A stretch of 64,000 nt of DNA, taken from Schmidtea polychroa (taxonomy: Eukaryota). Each line of letters begins with the position of its first letter. Within the stretch, counting starts at the first letter, position 1. A program made the translations under genes and the position numbers. Under the pieces are notes generated by a model that was not told the origin of the DNA, ran no database searches, and saw only the letters and a program-made list of their open reading frames with translations. Below are positions 21,560-35,853 of the stretch, one piece after another. The stretch covers positions 13,456,001 through 13,520,000 of the forward strand of contig CM097885.1 of the NCBI GenBank assembly GCA_044892525.1. The letters are read 5' to 3'.

Positions 21560-22832
21560 TTTTAGGCCCCATCATTTTAGTTTAACTTTTCCTCATGTTT
21601 ATTAAAGTTTTCCGGGTTGTTAAATAATTTATTCCCACAACGTTTAATTTTCGTGACTAAGTGATGTATGTAACGAGTTCAATAATTCATTTCAATTGAA
21701 TATTTATCTCTTTCGTCTAGTTGACTTTATCATTTCCTCGATTAAACTTTGGTTCAGTTTTCGTTTCCGCCTTCAATTTCGGATTTATTTTATTGTTAGT
21801 GTGGTGTTCCATTTTAAGATAACGCATCTTGGTTTCATTACTCTATAGCTTCGATTTTGTGTTTATTTACCGTGCGTTTCCGAAAGCAACTCAGTTCCGA
21901 GTTTGCTCAACAGTTACACATAAATTCCAAGCAAAACATTTTACTAACAAACATTTATAACAACAAATATGGAGAAAATGACATAGCTATAAAAATAAAG
22001 GGATGTACTCAGCCGGGTACAGTGGGCAGATTAGGAGTAGTCTTTCATTGATTTCACAAGACATTTTTGTCTATTCTGAATAACATCGGTAATATCATAG
22101 CTTGTACTGTATTAAGGCAAAGTTTTCCTCCATACAGGTTCCTCACAATCATATTGTCTAACTCATTTCGCAGGTTCCACTTAATTAGAAAATGGTATCA
22201 TCCTCGCCGTTTTGGACGGAATACTCAAGATCAAGATAACGAGGTATTATCTCGAAAATACATGGTACATCTCTTGGAAGAGTTGAAGAGGTAACGTCAT
22301 CATCATCATCATTTTCTTCTTCTTCATCATTCACAACAGCAAGATCTGGTGGAACCAAGAGAACATCGTACTCTTCATTATCATTATCATTATCATCAGC
22401 TATTATCGATTCGAGAGCTTCGTCTAGTCCTAAATAGTTATTTTGACTTGTAAAGATGCGACGAGATGCCATTGTAGAAACTTTAGGGATGCTACAAAAT
22501 ATAAATAATTTTAGTACAGATCTGCTCATTGTACTCACTTGAGTACAGTGCAATAAAATGCAGTCTACTGCATTGTAATCTAAACAGATTGTAAAAATAA
22601 TAACACCACATGTTTTACTATAGTCTATTGTATATTGCAATAACGAAATAGTCAAAATAATTTATTGATTATATATCATCTTGATTATACGCCATCTTGA
22701 ATTTTTCGTAGACTACTAGTGCCATCTATTGTTGAAATGGGTCACTACTTCCAGGATAATAATTATAGAGAAACATGAAATCACACCTTTAACAAGTGTA
22801 CCCATGTGAGTACAGTTGGAGGTAATGGATTA
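21560..22832 (-). mobile_element. piggyBac (PGBD3-like) transposon remnant
   Basis: Acidic N-terminus LVPPD....DEEE..DDD....LPRDVP; TTAA-bounded end near 22830 and repeated TGTAC..GTACA palindromes. Left limit approximate. Confidence 0.5.
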
Positions 22833-23164
22833 AAGAAATTAATTCGTTCACGAAAAGTTGTTCGTAAATCAAAATTTCCGAAAATGAATTTTCGTTAAGC
22901 GAATGGATTGGTGCAACGCTAAATAATATTAGCGTTTAGATCAAAGTCAGAATTAAATAAGAATCGTCTCCAACATAATTGTTTCACAGTTGCTAATTAA
23001 CTTTTGAAATTTAAACTAGAGCATACAAGACATCTAGTTCAGAATTGCATTAAATACATTTGCACAGCATATATTACAATATATACATTTCATTGCAAAT
23101 TGTACCTTTTTGTTTTTATCAGGTAATCATTTTTTAATTCCTATATTAAATAAAATTTATCTAA

Positions 23165-23380
23165 TTAGTATTAATCTTATTTTAAACAATTAAATGATAA
23201 TTTAGGCCTTTTGCTGCGAATAATATATTTAATACAAATGAAAAAATTTTCAACTATACGACAGTCTGTCAATTTCTGAAGAAAAAGAAATTGACAAGGG
23301 ATATATTATAGTCGAAAATTTTATTCGCAACAAAAGGCTTGAATTATCATTTAATTGTTTAAAATTTAATTAATGCTACT
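23165..23380. mobile_element. Palindromic MITE-like element
   Basis: TTTTAAACAATTAAATGATAATT..GCCTTTTG.TGCGAATAA mirrored at ~23320-23365. Confidence 0.65.
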
Positions 23381-24302
23381 ATTAATCTTATTATTTATAT
23401 AATACCATCAAATTGAGATTCTGTGAATCTAAACATTTTAAATATTAAAAGATTATTGTAATAAAAAAAATACGTTGTTGATTTGATTTAATCAAAAGTC
23501 AGAGAAAAGGGAGATGAACCGATCAAAATTGAATTGCAAAGGATTTGGGAAATAAAAGCATTTTTTTATTATTTAGTAACTTATGGTAATTCGTTAAGGA
23601 TGAAATCATTTGGCTATGAATATTTTTTGGGAAATAAAAAAGGTTGCTGTTATCTTTGGCGGCAGCTTTTGAGATAGTTGATGATATAGTGGGAAAGTAA
23701 ATTTGTTGCAATTTGATTGGTCAGCATCCAATTTAGCGTATTTATCATGCCTCGGCAGTTGATAACATTTAGAGCAATAATAATAGATGTGAGTAAATAT
23801 TATGAGGATAAATAATTAACATTCACTGACTATAATTCTTTAAAAAAATCATTTGGCGTCAATTAAAAACTGAAAATTTAATAATTCTTACTGACATGTT
23901 AAATAAAATATTTTGTAAAAGATTAGCTCTAGTTAAAATCATGCTTGATAATTTCATATCTTTCAAGTCTTTGGCATCATTGGACTAAGGGAGAAATGAA
24001 AAATAAATGTTACTTACCAATCTATGAATTTCTCTTTTGGAAATGGAATTTTTCACAGAATCCATAGATGTGTAAAACCAAATACGGAAATAAAAAAACG
24101 TGTAATTGTCGAATCAGTATATGGCCTAAATTGACCTCATTCTGAATTTTAATTCTAGTTTTAAATGGAAAAATAAAAATTCAGACTATTGATGACCATA
24201 AAATAATATTACAATATCAAACCAGAAAATAAAATAGTCAAATGAAAAGTGATCTATAAGTAGCGTAGATGTAATCATTTACATTCACTATATTTACAGA
24301 CC

Positions 24303-24497
24303 ACTCTACCCATAGGCCTAGATCAATCAAACACACAACATACACACCTACAAGGGCATTCTATAGGATCAGGTGATACACACAGACACAACTTTGAAAC
24401 ATGTACACCTACAAACTCAAACCAGCCCATACCTGATCCTACATAGAATTCCTATAGAATTCCCGGGAGCAGATTGATCTAGGCCTATGGGTAGAGT
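24303..24497. mobile_element. MITE with 26-bp perfect TIR
   Basis: ACTCTACCCATAGGCCTAGATCAATC (24303-24328) and its reverse complement (24472-24497). Confidence 0.8.
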
Positions 24498-25454
24498 ACA
24501 TAACTAATATACGTCAAGGATATTCATATTTCATTAAAATTTTCAAAAAAATTGTTGAATTTTAGTAGGATTTAACTTTGACTCTGACTCCGCGTGGTAC
24601 TTAAACTAAAATTTAAACTTTTCATCATTTTAACGATTGATTCTTCTGAGTAATAACAAATATTTTTTTCTTTCAGTTCCGAACTAAAACTCAATTTTTT
24701 TAACACAAAAGAATTCTCGATAATTTAAGATAATTCTAACCAAATTTACTGAGACGATCTTTTAAAACTTTTAGTAAGTCCTACTTTCTCGGAATCTTCT
24801 TATTGCCAGCAATTATCTAAACTAAATATAATTAATTCTTACCTCCTGACAACAATCTGACTAGTTGCAATTGCTCCTGTCGAATTCAGCGATTTTATTT
24901 TCTAACCAGATGATTTATGAAGTTAATAAAATTTTAATTAATTGTTTAATTAGTTCGTATTTATATAATACTGTTTCCTGGGAACCCCCATTGATTTTTA
25001 ATTATTATTTTCATCTTTAACTTTTCATTTGTTACCCACTTATACCCTTCATCAAAAATATCGATTTTCGATTTTTAAACTTTTTTAATTAATTTTTGCA
25101 CTTAATTAATTTTGATATTCTATTTTTCAATTTTTATTAATTCAACACTTGTATTTTTCATTAATCATTTATTTAAAATTTATTTTTCACTAATTTATAT
25201 AATGTGAAATAGTTGTTTAAGTATGACAAATAAATGTTTTGCATTGCGCTTTTGCTCTATTGGTTCAAAAAGTTTATATTTTATTTATTTCAAAATTTTC
25301 TTAAATATTTCTTTTAATTAATCTATAATTAAATATTTATTGATATAATATTTTCATTGGTTAATTCAAACGATTAATACATAATTTAACATGTCACATT
25401 GATTATTTACACGATATTGCAAAATTAATTCAATTATTATTTTTCATTTGATGA

Positions 25455-25673
<219 letters not shown>

Positions 25674-25744
25674 TAATAATCGAAAGTTTTCTATTTAATA
25701 TATACTTTGCAGCAAAAGGCTTACCTTATCATTTATTTGTTTAA

Positions 25745-26620
25745 CCAATTGCGCTGGCAATTAATTATCACGCATACATAGCAAATCCGTCCAAAGCAAT
25801 TCACAGCGAGATGGCATGTTATTTTAACTTATGTAAATAAGTTTAGCGCTACACCAGAAACTGTTGCTTTACGTTTCCTATAATATAAGAAAAAATCAAT
25901 AATCTTATATTATAGAAACATACATACTTTCGTTTCACGCTGATGTTCTCATTGATAGTGCAATGAGATACGCCTTACGCTATCAAAATCTAGACATGGT
26001 AAAAAATTAGATAGTGAACACAAACACAACACGTACTAAAAGCACATATAAACTTTCGATATATAGAAATGCTCAGATGAGATACGTTTCTATATTAACT
26101 TTATTTTAGACAATTTTTAGAGAAAAAGAAGATGGCTGGAAATTTTTTTAAATGTATTTTTGAAGAAATTGACGAATTATTTTATTCATATTCTATGATT
26201 TTTCCCGAAATGTTTTAGAAAACTACATATTTTTGGTGATTAATATATATATTTAATTATAAATAAAAATTATATTTAACTTACATTATATCGAAATAAT
26301 TCCAAAATAATTATAAAATAAATTTCATAAAATTCCTAAAAAACCTGCAAATTAATTAAAAATAATTTATAATACAAATGTTGATTAAAAGTAATATTTA
26401 AGAACTTGAATAATGATCTCATATCTGTATGGATCAAAATTCAAGCCGTAAAATTTACTTAAAATTAAAAATCTTACCTGAAAGCCATTTCTAAAATGGC
26501 TAAAATAAATTTCCAGAAAAATGGTTTCTGGTGTATACAATATAACTTGCTGATAGAACTAGCAACTTAGCAAAAATTACACGATGTGTTATGCATATCA
26601 CGTCATTCCAGCGCAAATGG
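25745..26620. mobile_element. Non-autonomous piggyBac-like element
   Basis: TTAA|CCAATTGCGCTGG ... CCAGCGCAAATGG|TTAG short TIRs. Confidence 0.5.
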
Positions 26621-27142
26621 TTAGTATTTAATTTATACTGCTACCAAGAAACCATCATTTTATATTAATTTTTTTTTATTTTTTTAAATTTACAAATTGT
26701 TTGTCAAAATTATAAAATAATAATATAATATTATAGAAATGCGTAAATATAATTATTAAAAATTGTTTAAATTGAAAAATAATTTATTGATTAATTAAAT
26801 TAATAAAATTTGTGTAATGTGTTTATTAAATCTATAATATATCTGGTTTGTTTTATCCTATCTGATGATAACAAAAAAATGTCAAAATATATCGTAAACA
26901 GATCTTTCAGTGGTACCTTCTTATAATCATAATTATTATTATTATCATAGTATTTCTTAGAAAAGAAATCAAAGGTGAAAATTGAAAATAGTTCTTATAA
27001 TTATTATTATTAGAAAAAAATAAGCTTTCTGCGAGACCTTATCTTATTATTTACTTTTTAATATAATATTAATTATTATTATAACTTTTTTACTTTTTAT
27101 TTATTATTTTACATGTTAGGAAAATTTTGAATATAATTTTAG

Positions 27143-27325
27143 AGGATTAATCTAATCGTCACTGTTGTTGATTATGACAGAATCGGAACATCGGAACCGA
27201 TTGGAAGGGTCGTATTAGGTTGTAATGCTTCAGGGACTGCTCTTCGGCAATGGTCTGACATGCTTGCTAATCCTAGACGACCAATTGCGCAATGGCAAAC
27301 TTTGCAAGAAATGCCAGAAAAATAA
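27143..27325 (+). CDS. syt1: Synaptotagmin-1-like, last coding exon
   Basis: [62 protein letters not shown]. Confidence 0.95.
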   Translation, partial: RINLIVTVVDYDRIGTSEPIGRVVLGCNASGTALRQWSDMLANPRRPIAQWQTLQEMPEK

Positions 27326-27865
27326 CTTTTCCTATTTTTCCTATTCGATGGTGATAAAAATTTAAATCTAGTCATTCGTTATGTGATTTCTTATTTTTAG
27401 ACGACAATTTTAATATTTTCATCGTTTAATGTAATTTTTTCTTAACTCTAAGGCTAGTTTTATTGTTAGCAGTCTGTATCAATGGAATGTGCAAAATCTG
27501 TTTGATAACATTGATTTTGGAAAATAATCACTTTATTCTAAGGATTTGAGGTTTTTAATTTTAATGTTTTAACAAAAATATAATTCGAAAAAAAATAAAG
27601 TTGTTAAATAATATATAGACTGAATTCTTAAATTAATCAATATAGAATGTGACCTTATTAAAACAAAATTTATATTTTCTTGTTTTTCGACATATAATCT
27701 GTATCAATGAAAATAATAAATCAAATATTCAAACATCTTTTAAAATATTTTTATTTTTTAATATTTGTTCAATAGTTTGATAAATATTAAAATAAATTTG
27801 TTAAAATAAATAGTGTCATAAAATAAATAGTGTAGAAATTTATTTCTTCCTCTTTTTCTTCTTTT

Positions 27866-28039
<174 letters not shown>

Positions 28040-28356
28040 TGTGAGGAGTTAAAATTAAAATACTAAATTAAATTAGTTCATGATTAAAATTTGTAAAATT
28101 TTAATTGAAACTTAAATTATTTTAAGATATTAAAATTGAAATGATAATTGAAATTTTAAAATAAAATAATCTTTAATAAAATTGAAATTCAAGTATGAAT
28201 GCGATGGTATGTTGATATTTGGTTGAAATTAAAATTTAGAAAATGTCCCAAGAATATTTGTTTATATAAACAGATTTAATGAAATATAATTTTGGATTTA
28301 ATAGTCTTAGTAATTTATTTTGATGACAGAAGAATTAAATGTTATAGCTTCTAACA
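28040..28356 (+). repeat. 5' LTR
   Basis: TGTGAGGAG...CTTCTAACA; one visible mismatch with the 3' LTR. Confidence 0.97.
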
Positions 28357-29348
28357 TGGCGACCATTCCAACGGATCTGCTTATTGGAAGATTACTTCCA
28401 GAAAAATTCCACAGAGGAGATGACCTCGAATTATTTATCAATGAATGTCAGAGGTTCTTTGAAATAACGAAGACACCAGTGAAGACACAAATGGTACTAG
28501 TTATTACACTTCTGGACAGGACTTGGATTGAAGAATATGAAACCGCAGAAGGTAAAACCGTTGAACAGAAATTAAGAGCAGCTTTTCATCGACCAACGTC
28601 ATTGATTGATGACTTAAGAGAAGCCTTGAACTACGAGCAAGGTAACGAATCAGCGGAAATATTTATAGAGAAAATATCAAAAATGACTAAAAAATTGGCC
28701 TCACACACTTGGAATGAGGAAGAAATTCAGAAATGTTTATTGACACATTGTGTAAAAGATAAAGAAGTCAGGAAAGAAATCGAAATGAAAGATCTCAAAA
28801 CGGCGGAACAAATTAAAGAAACTATAAAGAAGATAGAAAAAGTTAACAAGGTTATTGAACAAGTAAACACGGTGAGATCAATACGACCTACAACTGGGGG
28901 AAGAACTTATAGAGATGTAGTACAAGTTGGAGCCACGAAGAGAAAAATCAACAAATGGAAACCAGAGACAAGAATTAAAGTGATAGAATGCTGGACGTGT
29001 CAAAAACCGGGACACAGTAGCAGAGAATGTAATGTAAAAAGAAGATTTCAATGTTATGCATATGGTGTTGAAGGTCACATACAAAGAGAATGCCCAACAA
29101 TCAAATGTCATAGATGCAATGCACGAGGACACAAAGAAAGAGAGTGTTACACAAACATGGAAAGACGAAATCAAGGTCGAGACCAAAGGAAGATGTCAGG
29201 AGGAAGAATTCAAAGAAATACCTATCAACAAAGGGAAGATATGTATCAATCAAGGAACGTACATCAAAGACAATGGGGAAACCAACAATATAACAGAAAA
29301 GATATTGCAGCTATCGAGTCTGATGATGAGATGATGAATACAAAATAG
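28356..29348 (+). CDS. gag: Gag with three CCHC knuckles (second one C->Y)
   Basis: CWTCQKPGHSSREC, CYAYGVEGHIQREC, CHRCNARGHKEREC. Confidence 0.85.
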   Translation: MATIPTDLLIGRLLPEKFHRGDDLELFINECQRFFEITKTPVKTQMVLVITLLDRTWIEEYETAEGKTVEQKLRAAFHRPTSLIDDLREALNYEQGNESAEIFIEKISKMTKKLASHTWNEEEIQKCLLTHCVKDKEVRKEIEMKDLKTAEQIKETIKKIEKVNKVIEQVNTVRSIRPTTGGRTYRDVVQVGATKRKINKWKPETRIKVIECWTCQKPGHSSRECNVKRRFQCYAYGVEGHIQRECPTIKCHRCNARGHKERECYTNMERRNQGRDQRKMSGGRIQRNTYQQREDMYQSRNVHQRQWGNQQYNRKDIAAIESDDEMMNTK

Positions 29349-29458
29349 TCAAGCCAGCCAGACGAGTATAACAGGGAGAATGACCCAAACGAGCACGATC
29401 CGTCAAACGGGACATTGATCGGAGCAATTTACTAAGTAATATTGATTTCAACCAAAGA

Positions 29459-32400
29459 ATGAATGCTAACGGTATGTGTAATTTAAGTATGTATGATGAT
29501 TGTATGATTGATAAAGATTGTAGTGTTTTTGAACGTGATATTAATAATAATAGTAGTGTAGAAATCAAAAAGTCGAATGATAAGGAAATTCAGAAAAAAT
29601 TTAAAGAGGAGTGTAAAGTAAATGAATTAGTAAAACACGAGGAAAGAACTATAGAGAAAATTTACAAATTCCTCAAGAAAAATGGAGACGTGTGTATTAA
29701 TGGAATTGTAGAAGATACTAGAGAGCAGAATATTTTGTCAGTAGAAGAACAAAAAAGTCCAGTAATAACATATAATATAATGCAAGGTAGACCGAGTACA
29801 ACACTGGATATCCAAGGGCGGAAAGTAGATTGTTTATTGGATACAGGAGCGCGAATTAATGTGATGGCTAAATCTGTAATTGATTGATTAGAAAATATCG
29901 AAATATTAGAAACAAAGGAATCGCTAAGATGTGCAAACAACAGTAGATTAGAAACTATGGGTAAAATAAACATCAATGTTAAAATGGGCAGTATTGAAAG
30001 AAATGTAACATTCATTATAGTAAAGAATTTAATACCAGAAATTATTGGAGGAGTAGAACTACAAAGGTTATTTGGTATAGAATTGAAATGTATACTAGAA
30101 GAACATGAAAAACGTAGTGATTTCATTTGCGAAATAGAAGCTAGATTTGGGCGGATTATAACAGATGAAGAAAGATTACGTCATGCCATCGACGTTTTAA
30201 AGGTTACCGGAAATAACAGACTGTTAGAAATATTTCAGGCAAACAAGAATGTTTTTATGGCAGATAAATGGGACGTTGGGTGTACCAATCTGATAAAACA
30301 TAAGATCATCACGAAAGGAGAGCCAATAATGATTAAACCGAGACGTCAGCCAATAAATTTGGAAGACAAGATTGAGGAAGCAATAAAAAATCTAGAAAAC
30401 AACGGAATAATTAGGAAGTGTAATTCACCGTGGAACACACCTTTAGTTTGTGTATGGAAGAAAGAGAAAAAAGACATCAGGCTTTGTCTAGACTTCAGAC
30501 AATTAAACAAGATAACAGAAAGACAAGCATTTCCAATGCCAAATGTAGATGAAATTTTAGACATCCTACACGGATCCAGATATTTTAGCTCAATCGACTT
30601 GGGAAATGCTTATTACCAAGTGAAGTTAGATAAAGAATCTCAAGAGAAAACAGCATTCTCAACAAAAGAAGGACAGTTCTGTTTTAACAGGATGCCGTTC
30701 GGTATTGCAGCGGCACCAGGAACATTTCAAGAATTAATGACGAAAGTATTGAAAGATTTGTGGAAAGATGGAGTGATGGTATATTTAGACGACATCCTAA
30801 TATTCACAAAGACAGAAGAAGACCATTATAACATATTTGGAAAAGTTCTAGGGAAGATCGCAACAGCAGGACTAAGATTGAACCCCGAAAAATGTCAAAT
30901 ATTTAGAAAAGAAGTGAAGTTTCTGGGACACATAATAAATAAAGACGGCATACAAACAGATAATACTAAGATAGAAGCAATACAATCATTTCAAAAGCCA
31001 AAATGTGTAAAGAATCTGAGGAGCTTTCTGGGTATCTGTAACTATTATCGACGTTTCATAAAAGACTATGCAAAGAAGGCAAGAGCACTAGAAAGCATAT
31101 GCGGAAAAAAAATGAGAAAATAAGATGGACAGAGATGTGTGAAAAGGCTTTCGGGGAAATGAAAGAAGCATTGATAACCGCCCCAGTATTGGTATTTCCA
31201 GATTTCAGAAAAGAATTTATATTAGACACAGACGCGAGCTTCGATACTATTGGAGCAGTTCTTTCGCAAAAGGATGAAAAAGGACATGAACATGTCATTG
31301 CATATGGTTCACATGCGATGAGCAGCCACGAAAAAGGATACTGTATTACCAGAAAAGAATTATTGGCAATATACTATTTTTGTAAACATTTCAACCATTA
31401 CTTATATGGTAAGAGATTCGTACTGAGAATGGATCAACTATTTAAGCAGCCTGGATATTAAAATGGAATACAGGAAAGGAACAAGCCATACAAACGCGGA
31501 TATGCTATCCAGGAAAACATGCGGAACATGTGTACAGTGTATGATGGAACACGAAGACCCAAAAACCGGCAAAATTAAAACCAGAATATTAACAGTAACA
31601 GCAGAAGGCGGATATAACAAGTGGCAAAATGACAATATGGAGGTCCAAGAAATAAAGAATAAGTTAGAAAATAAAGATTGTAAGTTCATAATAGAAAACA
31701 ACACGGTACTAACTAAGCAAGGTAAAATATGGATACCGTCAGATAATAGACAGAGGATGATAAAAGAAGTACACGTATTGCTGTGCCATGCAGGTGCACA
31801 GAAAGTAACGAAATATATCCAGAATAACTGCGACATGGAAAATTTAGCAACGGAAGTAAAAAAGGTAATTGAGAACTGCGAAAGATGTCAGAAAATGAAA
31901 ACGATAACAACCAAGACAAAGGAGGAAACTCAAACAATAAAGAGTACAGAACCATTCGAGAAGATATATATGGATATATGTGGGCCATTGAAAGAAACGT
32001 TCAACAAAAAGAAATATATTTGCGGAATCATTGACCACTATAGTAAATACATCTCATTAACGGCCATAAACAAGCAAGACGAAAAAACAATTAGTGAGAC
32101 GTTATTAAATAAATGGATATTAAAGTTTGGAGCTCCAAAAGAACTTCATGTAGATTGTGGGAAGAACTTTGAAGCAAGAAGTATAAAAGAACTAGCAAAG
32201 GCAGCTGGCATTGAATTAATTTTCTCAAGCCCATATCACCATAACACGAATGGTATTATTGAAAGACAATTCAGAACAATCAGAGAGTATATTAATGCGT
32301 CATTGAATGAAGGAGGAAGGAAAAACTGGGCTGATATAGTGCCAGAAATAGAATATACTTTAAATGCAACAGTTCAAAAAACAACGGGAGTAAGCCCAGC

Positions 32401-32737
32401 AGAGATTATATTTGGGAGGAAAATCGACAGAATGAAATGATACTCGAATAAAGAAATAAATAGAGAAGATATGGAAAAGAGAATAGAGGATAAAACACTA
32501 AAACCAAAAATAAGCAAAACAGTGAGAGATTTTGAAATGGAAGATTTGGTTTTGATCAAACAAGAAATTCGAAATAAAGACGATGAAAGGTGGGAAGGGC
32601 CGTACAAAGTGATAAAGAAAATACATGAACGGAGCTACTTACTTAAAGATCAAAATGGGAAGATGGTAGTCAGAAATGTTGAGAAGATCAAACATTTTAA
32701 AAAAGGGGGATGTGAGGAGTTAAAATTAAAATACTAA
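29459..32737 (+). pseudogene. pol: Disrupted pol (protease, RT, RNase H, integrase)
   Basis: LLDTGA, YLDD, DTDAS, HHCC and DDE, GPY motif. Stops at 29885 and 32438, frameshift in the A-run at ~31110, apparent deletion at ~31435. Confidence 0.93.
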
Positions 32738-33027
32738 ATTAAATTAGTTCATGATTAAAATTTGTAAAATTTTAATTGAAACTTAAATTATTTTAAGATA
32801 TTAAAATTGAAATGATAATTGAAATTTTAAAATAAAATAATCTTTAATAAAATTGAAATTCAAGTATGATTGCGATGGTATGTTGATATTTGGTTGAAAT
32901 TAAAATTTAGAAAATGTCCCAAGAATATTTGTTTATATAAACAGATTTAATGAAATATAATTTTGGATTTAATAGTCTTAGTAATTTATTTTGATGACAG
33001 AAGAATTAAATGTTATAGCTTCTAACA
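32711..33027 (+). repeat. 3' LTR
   Basis: Direct repeat of 28040-28356. Confidence 0.97.
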
Positions 33028-33399
33028 ATTATTATATTCCTTAATAGAAATGGTTTATTCAATTGAAAATAAAGATTTTTAAGAAACTTTTTTTTCAGAT
33101 GAAATAATTTAAATTATGAAAAAAACCTCAATGCAATCGTATTTTAAAGGTTATTTTTAATGGTAACATCAGCATAAAAGTTTTATTTTAGATTGTTTTA
33201 AAGTCTCGTGTCTTGGTCAATTTACCCCAAATTTCCATAGACATGTTTAGTTTATTTAATATTATAAATGGTCCCAAATAAATTAAAAACTCCAAATAAT
33301 AGACTCTAAGTTTCATTATTAAAACAATATGGTTTTTTTGAAGACATTTAGCTTCGAAAACTTTTGAAAGCAGTTAAGGTGCTCGATTAGGCTTAGGAA

Positions 33400-33870
33400 T
33401 CAAGTTTCAGTTGCTTAGTTATTTTTAATTTAAACTAAACTTCATGTTACTGTTGAAATTTTAATTTAACATAATTCTCAAACAATTGTAAAATCTCTAT
33501 TGGGATAGGAAGATCAAGAAAATGTTATAAAAATTCCACTTTCTAAAAACGCAATAGGTAAACGAGTATCAAGTTTGTGTAAGGATTTTGAATAACGGTT
33601 AGGAGAATATATTGCGACAATTCAAATATTTGCATTGCAACTAATGAATCAACAGACATTAGTGGAAAGGTTCAACCTTCACAATTCATAAGGTCTATGC
33701 TAAATAGAAATGTGGTAAGTCAAGTTTTTGTTATAAAGAACAATTAGAAATGACAATTGTCTGAGATGTTTTTGATACTGTTAACGGTTATATCAAAGAA
33801 CATCACTTTTTGTGGAAATCTTTTAATAGCATTTATATGGATGGTGCACCTCGAATGATATTACGATTCG
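33400..33870 (+). pseudogene. hAT (Buster/Charlie, ZBED8-like) transposase relic
   Basis: KIPLS.N.I..R, FALQL.ESTDISG, DGAP.M fragments across frameshifts. Confidence 0.65.
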
Positions 33871-33916
33871 TGATCTGATGATTAATGAATTATTTTACAA
33901 AATTATTAATATAAAG

Positions 33917-34137
33917 CCCTTTCAGCCCTTGAATTTTTAACTTGAAAATATTTTTTTGGCAAAACGTTTATTCACACACATCAAACGTCAAAACTGTCTA
34001 AAATTGCTCATGGGTTTTTGTTTAAAATACCTTGTTGGAATAACATCTAGTGATTAAGAGCAAAATTATGGACAGTTACAGTAAGTAGAGACCTATATTC
34101 GCTATGGTGACAAATTCCAAGGGCAGAGCTGAAAGGG
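33917..34137. mobile_element. piggyBac-like MITE
   Basis: CCCTTTCAGC ... GCTGAAAGGG|TTAA. Confidence 0.5.
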
Positions 34138-34472
34138 TTAAAATAAAAAGCAGATTCATAACTCTCTTAACTTTCCAAGCTGGATTTTTGATTTTGTGAA
34201 TTTACTCATAATAGCTAAGAATAGTTTATTAATTGATATAAGGCTGTTTCTAAAAATTTTGTAAATATAATAATAATGATGAAAAAAATTATAATTAATA
34301 ACTCCGAAAATTTATTAATTATAAAATTGCGATGTCGATATCTGAATTCCATTTGAAAGTGATAATGATTTTGCTGCGATACCCGTGCTGGAAGAAAGGT
34401 TTCTTCTGAATTGTTATTGGAAATTTTATTGGTGAGCTTCATCTCTTCTTATATTCGTGTTTCTTTTTATAT

Positions 34473-34475
<3 letters not shown>

Positions 34476-34561
<86 letters not shown>
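34476..34561. repeat. (TA)n microsatellite
   Basis: Directly visible. Confidence 0.98.
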
Positions 34562-34563
<2 letters not shown>

Positions 34564-35853
34564 AAATATCTATTAAGTGGGGACACTACATATAAATTAA
34601 TATTTTGCTTCTTCATTTTTTTTGTTCATAATGTCCTATTAGTCTTTTATAGTTGGAGATATGATCTTAAGTGTTATGAAATAATTATGATAAATTATCC
34701 CGCTAGGCTCGAAAAATTTCTAAAAAAACTTTAAGACTTATTTTTTGTATTTCGGAAATCTTTTGAAAATCATAAACTCATAATAATTCTTACAACTCCT
34801 CAATCCGAAAATCATTTTAATTAATTTTATTTTAATTTACGGTTATTGAATGTAATTATAATTACCGTTTTTGTCGGAATTATTTTTTCCAATGAAATTT
34901 ATATTCAATATTTCACAATCATTCAAAACAACATATTATTAATTTATTTATTTTATATTTAAAATTATTCTATTTATAAAATTTTAATGTTTTTAATAAA
35001 TTGTGTAAAAATTTAACTATATTTCTATAAATTTTCACATTTCTATATTTTATATTTAATCTTTATTTTTTAACTCGTAATTGATTTTTGAATTTAAATG
35101 TAAAAACTTTAAATCTCATCTGAAAAATGTCATAACAAATTTTAATTGTGCTTACATCGATTTGGCAAGACAAATTCGAAAAGTTTGATTGAAATTTTTA
35201 AATGATAAACAATTTTTAATATTTACATTAATAAATAAACAAAATTTTATAATTAATAAAAGTTCTTTGTTGAAAAACATTTTTTTCCATTGTCACTTGA
35301 GTTGATTACACTGTGGGCATTTCCTATTAAATTTTCTCCTGTTATCAACTCCAGCTGTTGTGGAAAGAAAATTGAATATTAATAGCTTGAACTGTTCAAT
35401 TCAGTACAGGATTTCCCAAATCAGCTTTAGATATCAGTCAGTTGATGTCTTACCCGAGGTTTATACAATATAAACAATTATATATGAAATCTAATTGTCC
35501 CATAATCTTACATATTGCCATTTTCTGTCCTAATATTTGTATACAACTAATATAATATCCAAAAGTTGCTTTATTTGGGCTCCTTAATAGTTTCATAGGA
35601 AAAATAATTATTTCAAACTTCATATATATCTTATTAAAACAATATGATTTATTGTTAATATAATAATAACAATTATTCAATTTTCAAATAACAATAGTTT
35701 TTTAATTTATTGGGTTCGCCCTTGCATGTTTCACAATCATTTTTTCCTCAAAATTTCTCTGTTGCTTATTTGGGAAACATTTTAAAAATAATTTCCAAAC
35801 CCATAAGTGCACACACAGGAAATCTTTTTGGGCTTATACCATAAGAGGAAATG

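Larger units (their letters stand above)
28040..33027 (+). mobile_element. Full-length Ty3/gypsy LTR retrotransposon
   Basis: 317-bp TG..CA LTRs, ATTAT 5-bp TSD, PBS TGGCGACC at 28357, PPT AAAAAGGGGGA before the 3' LTR, gag then PR-RT-RH-IN order. Confidence 0.97.

Noticed and set aside
27172..27375. 67-aa minus-strand ORF
   Set aside because: Antisense to the last synaptotagmin exon.
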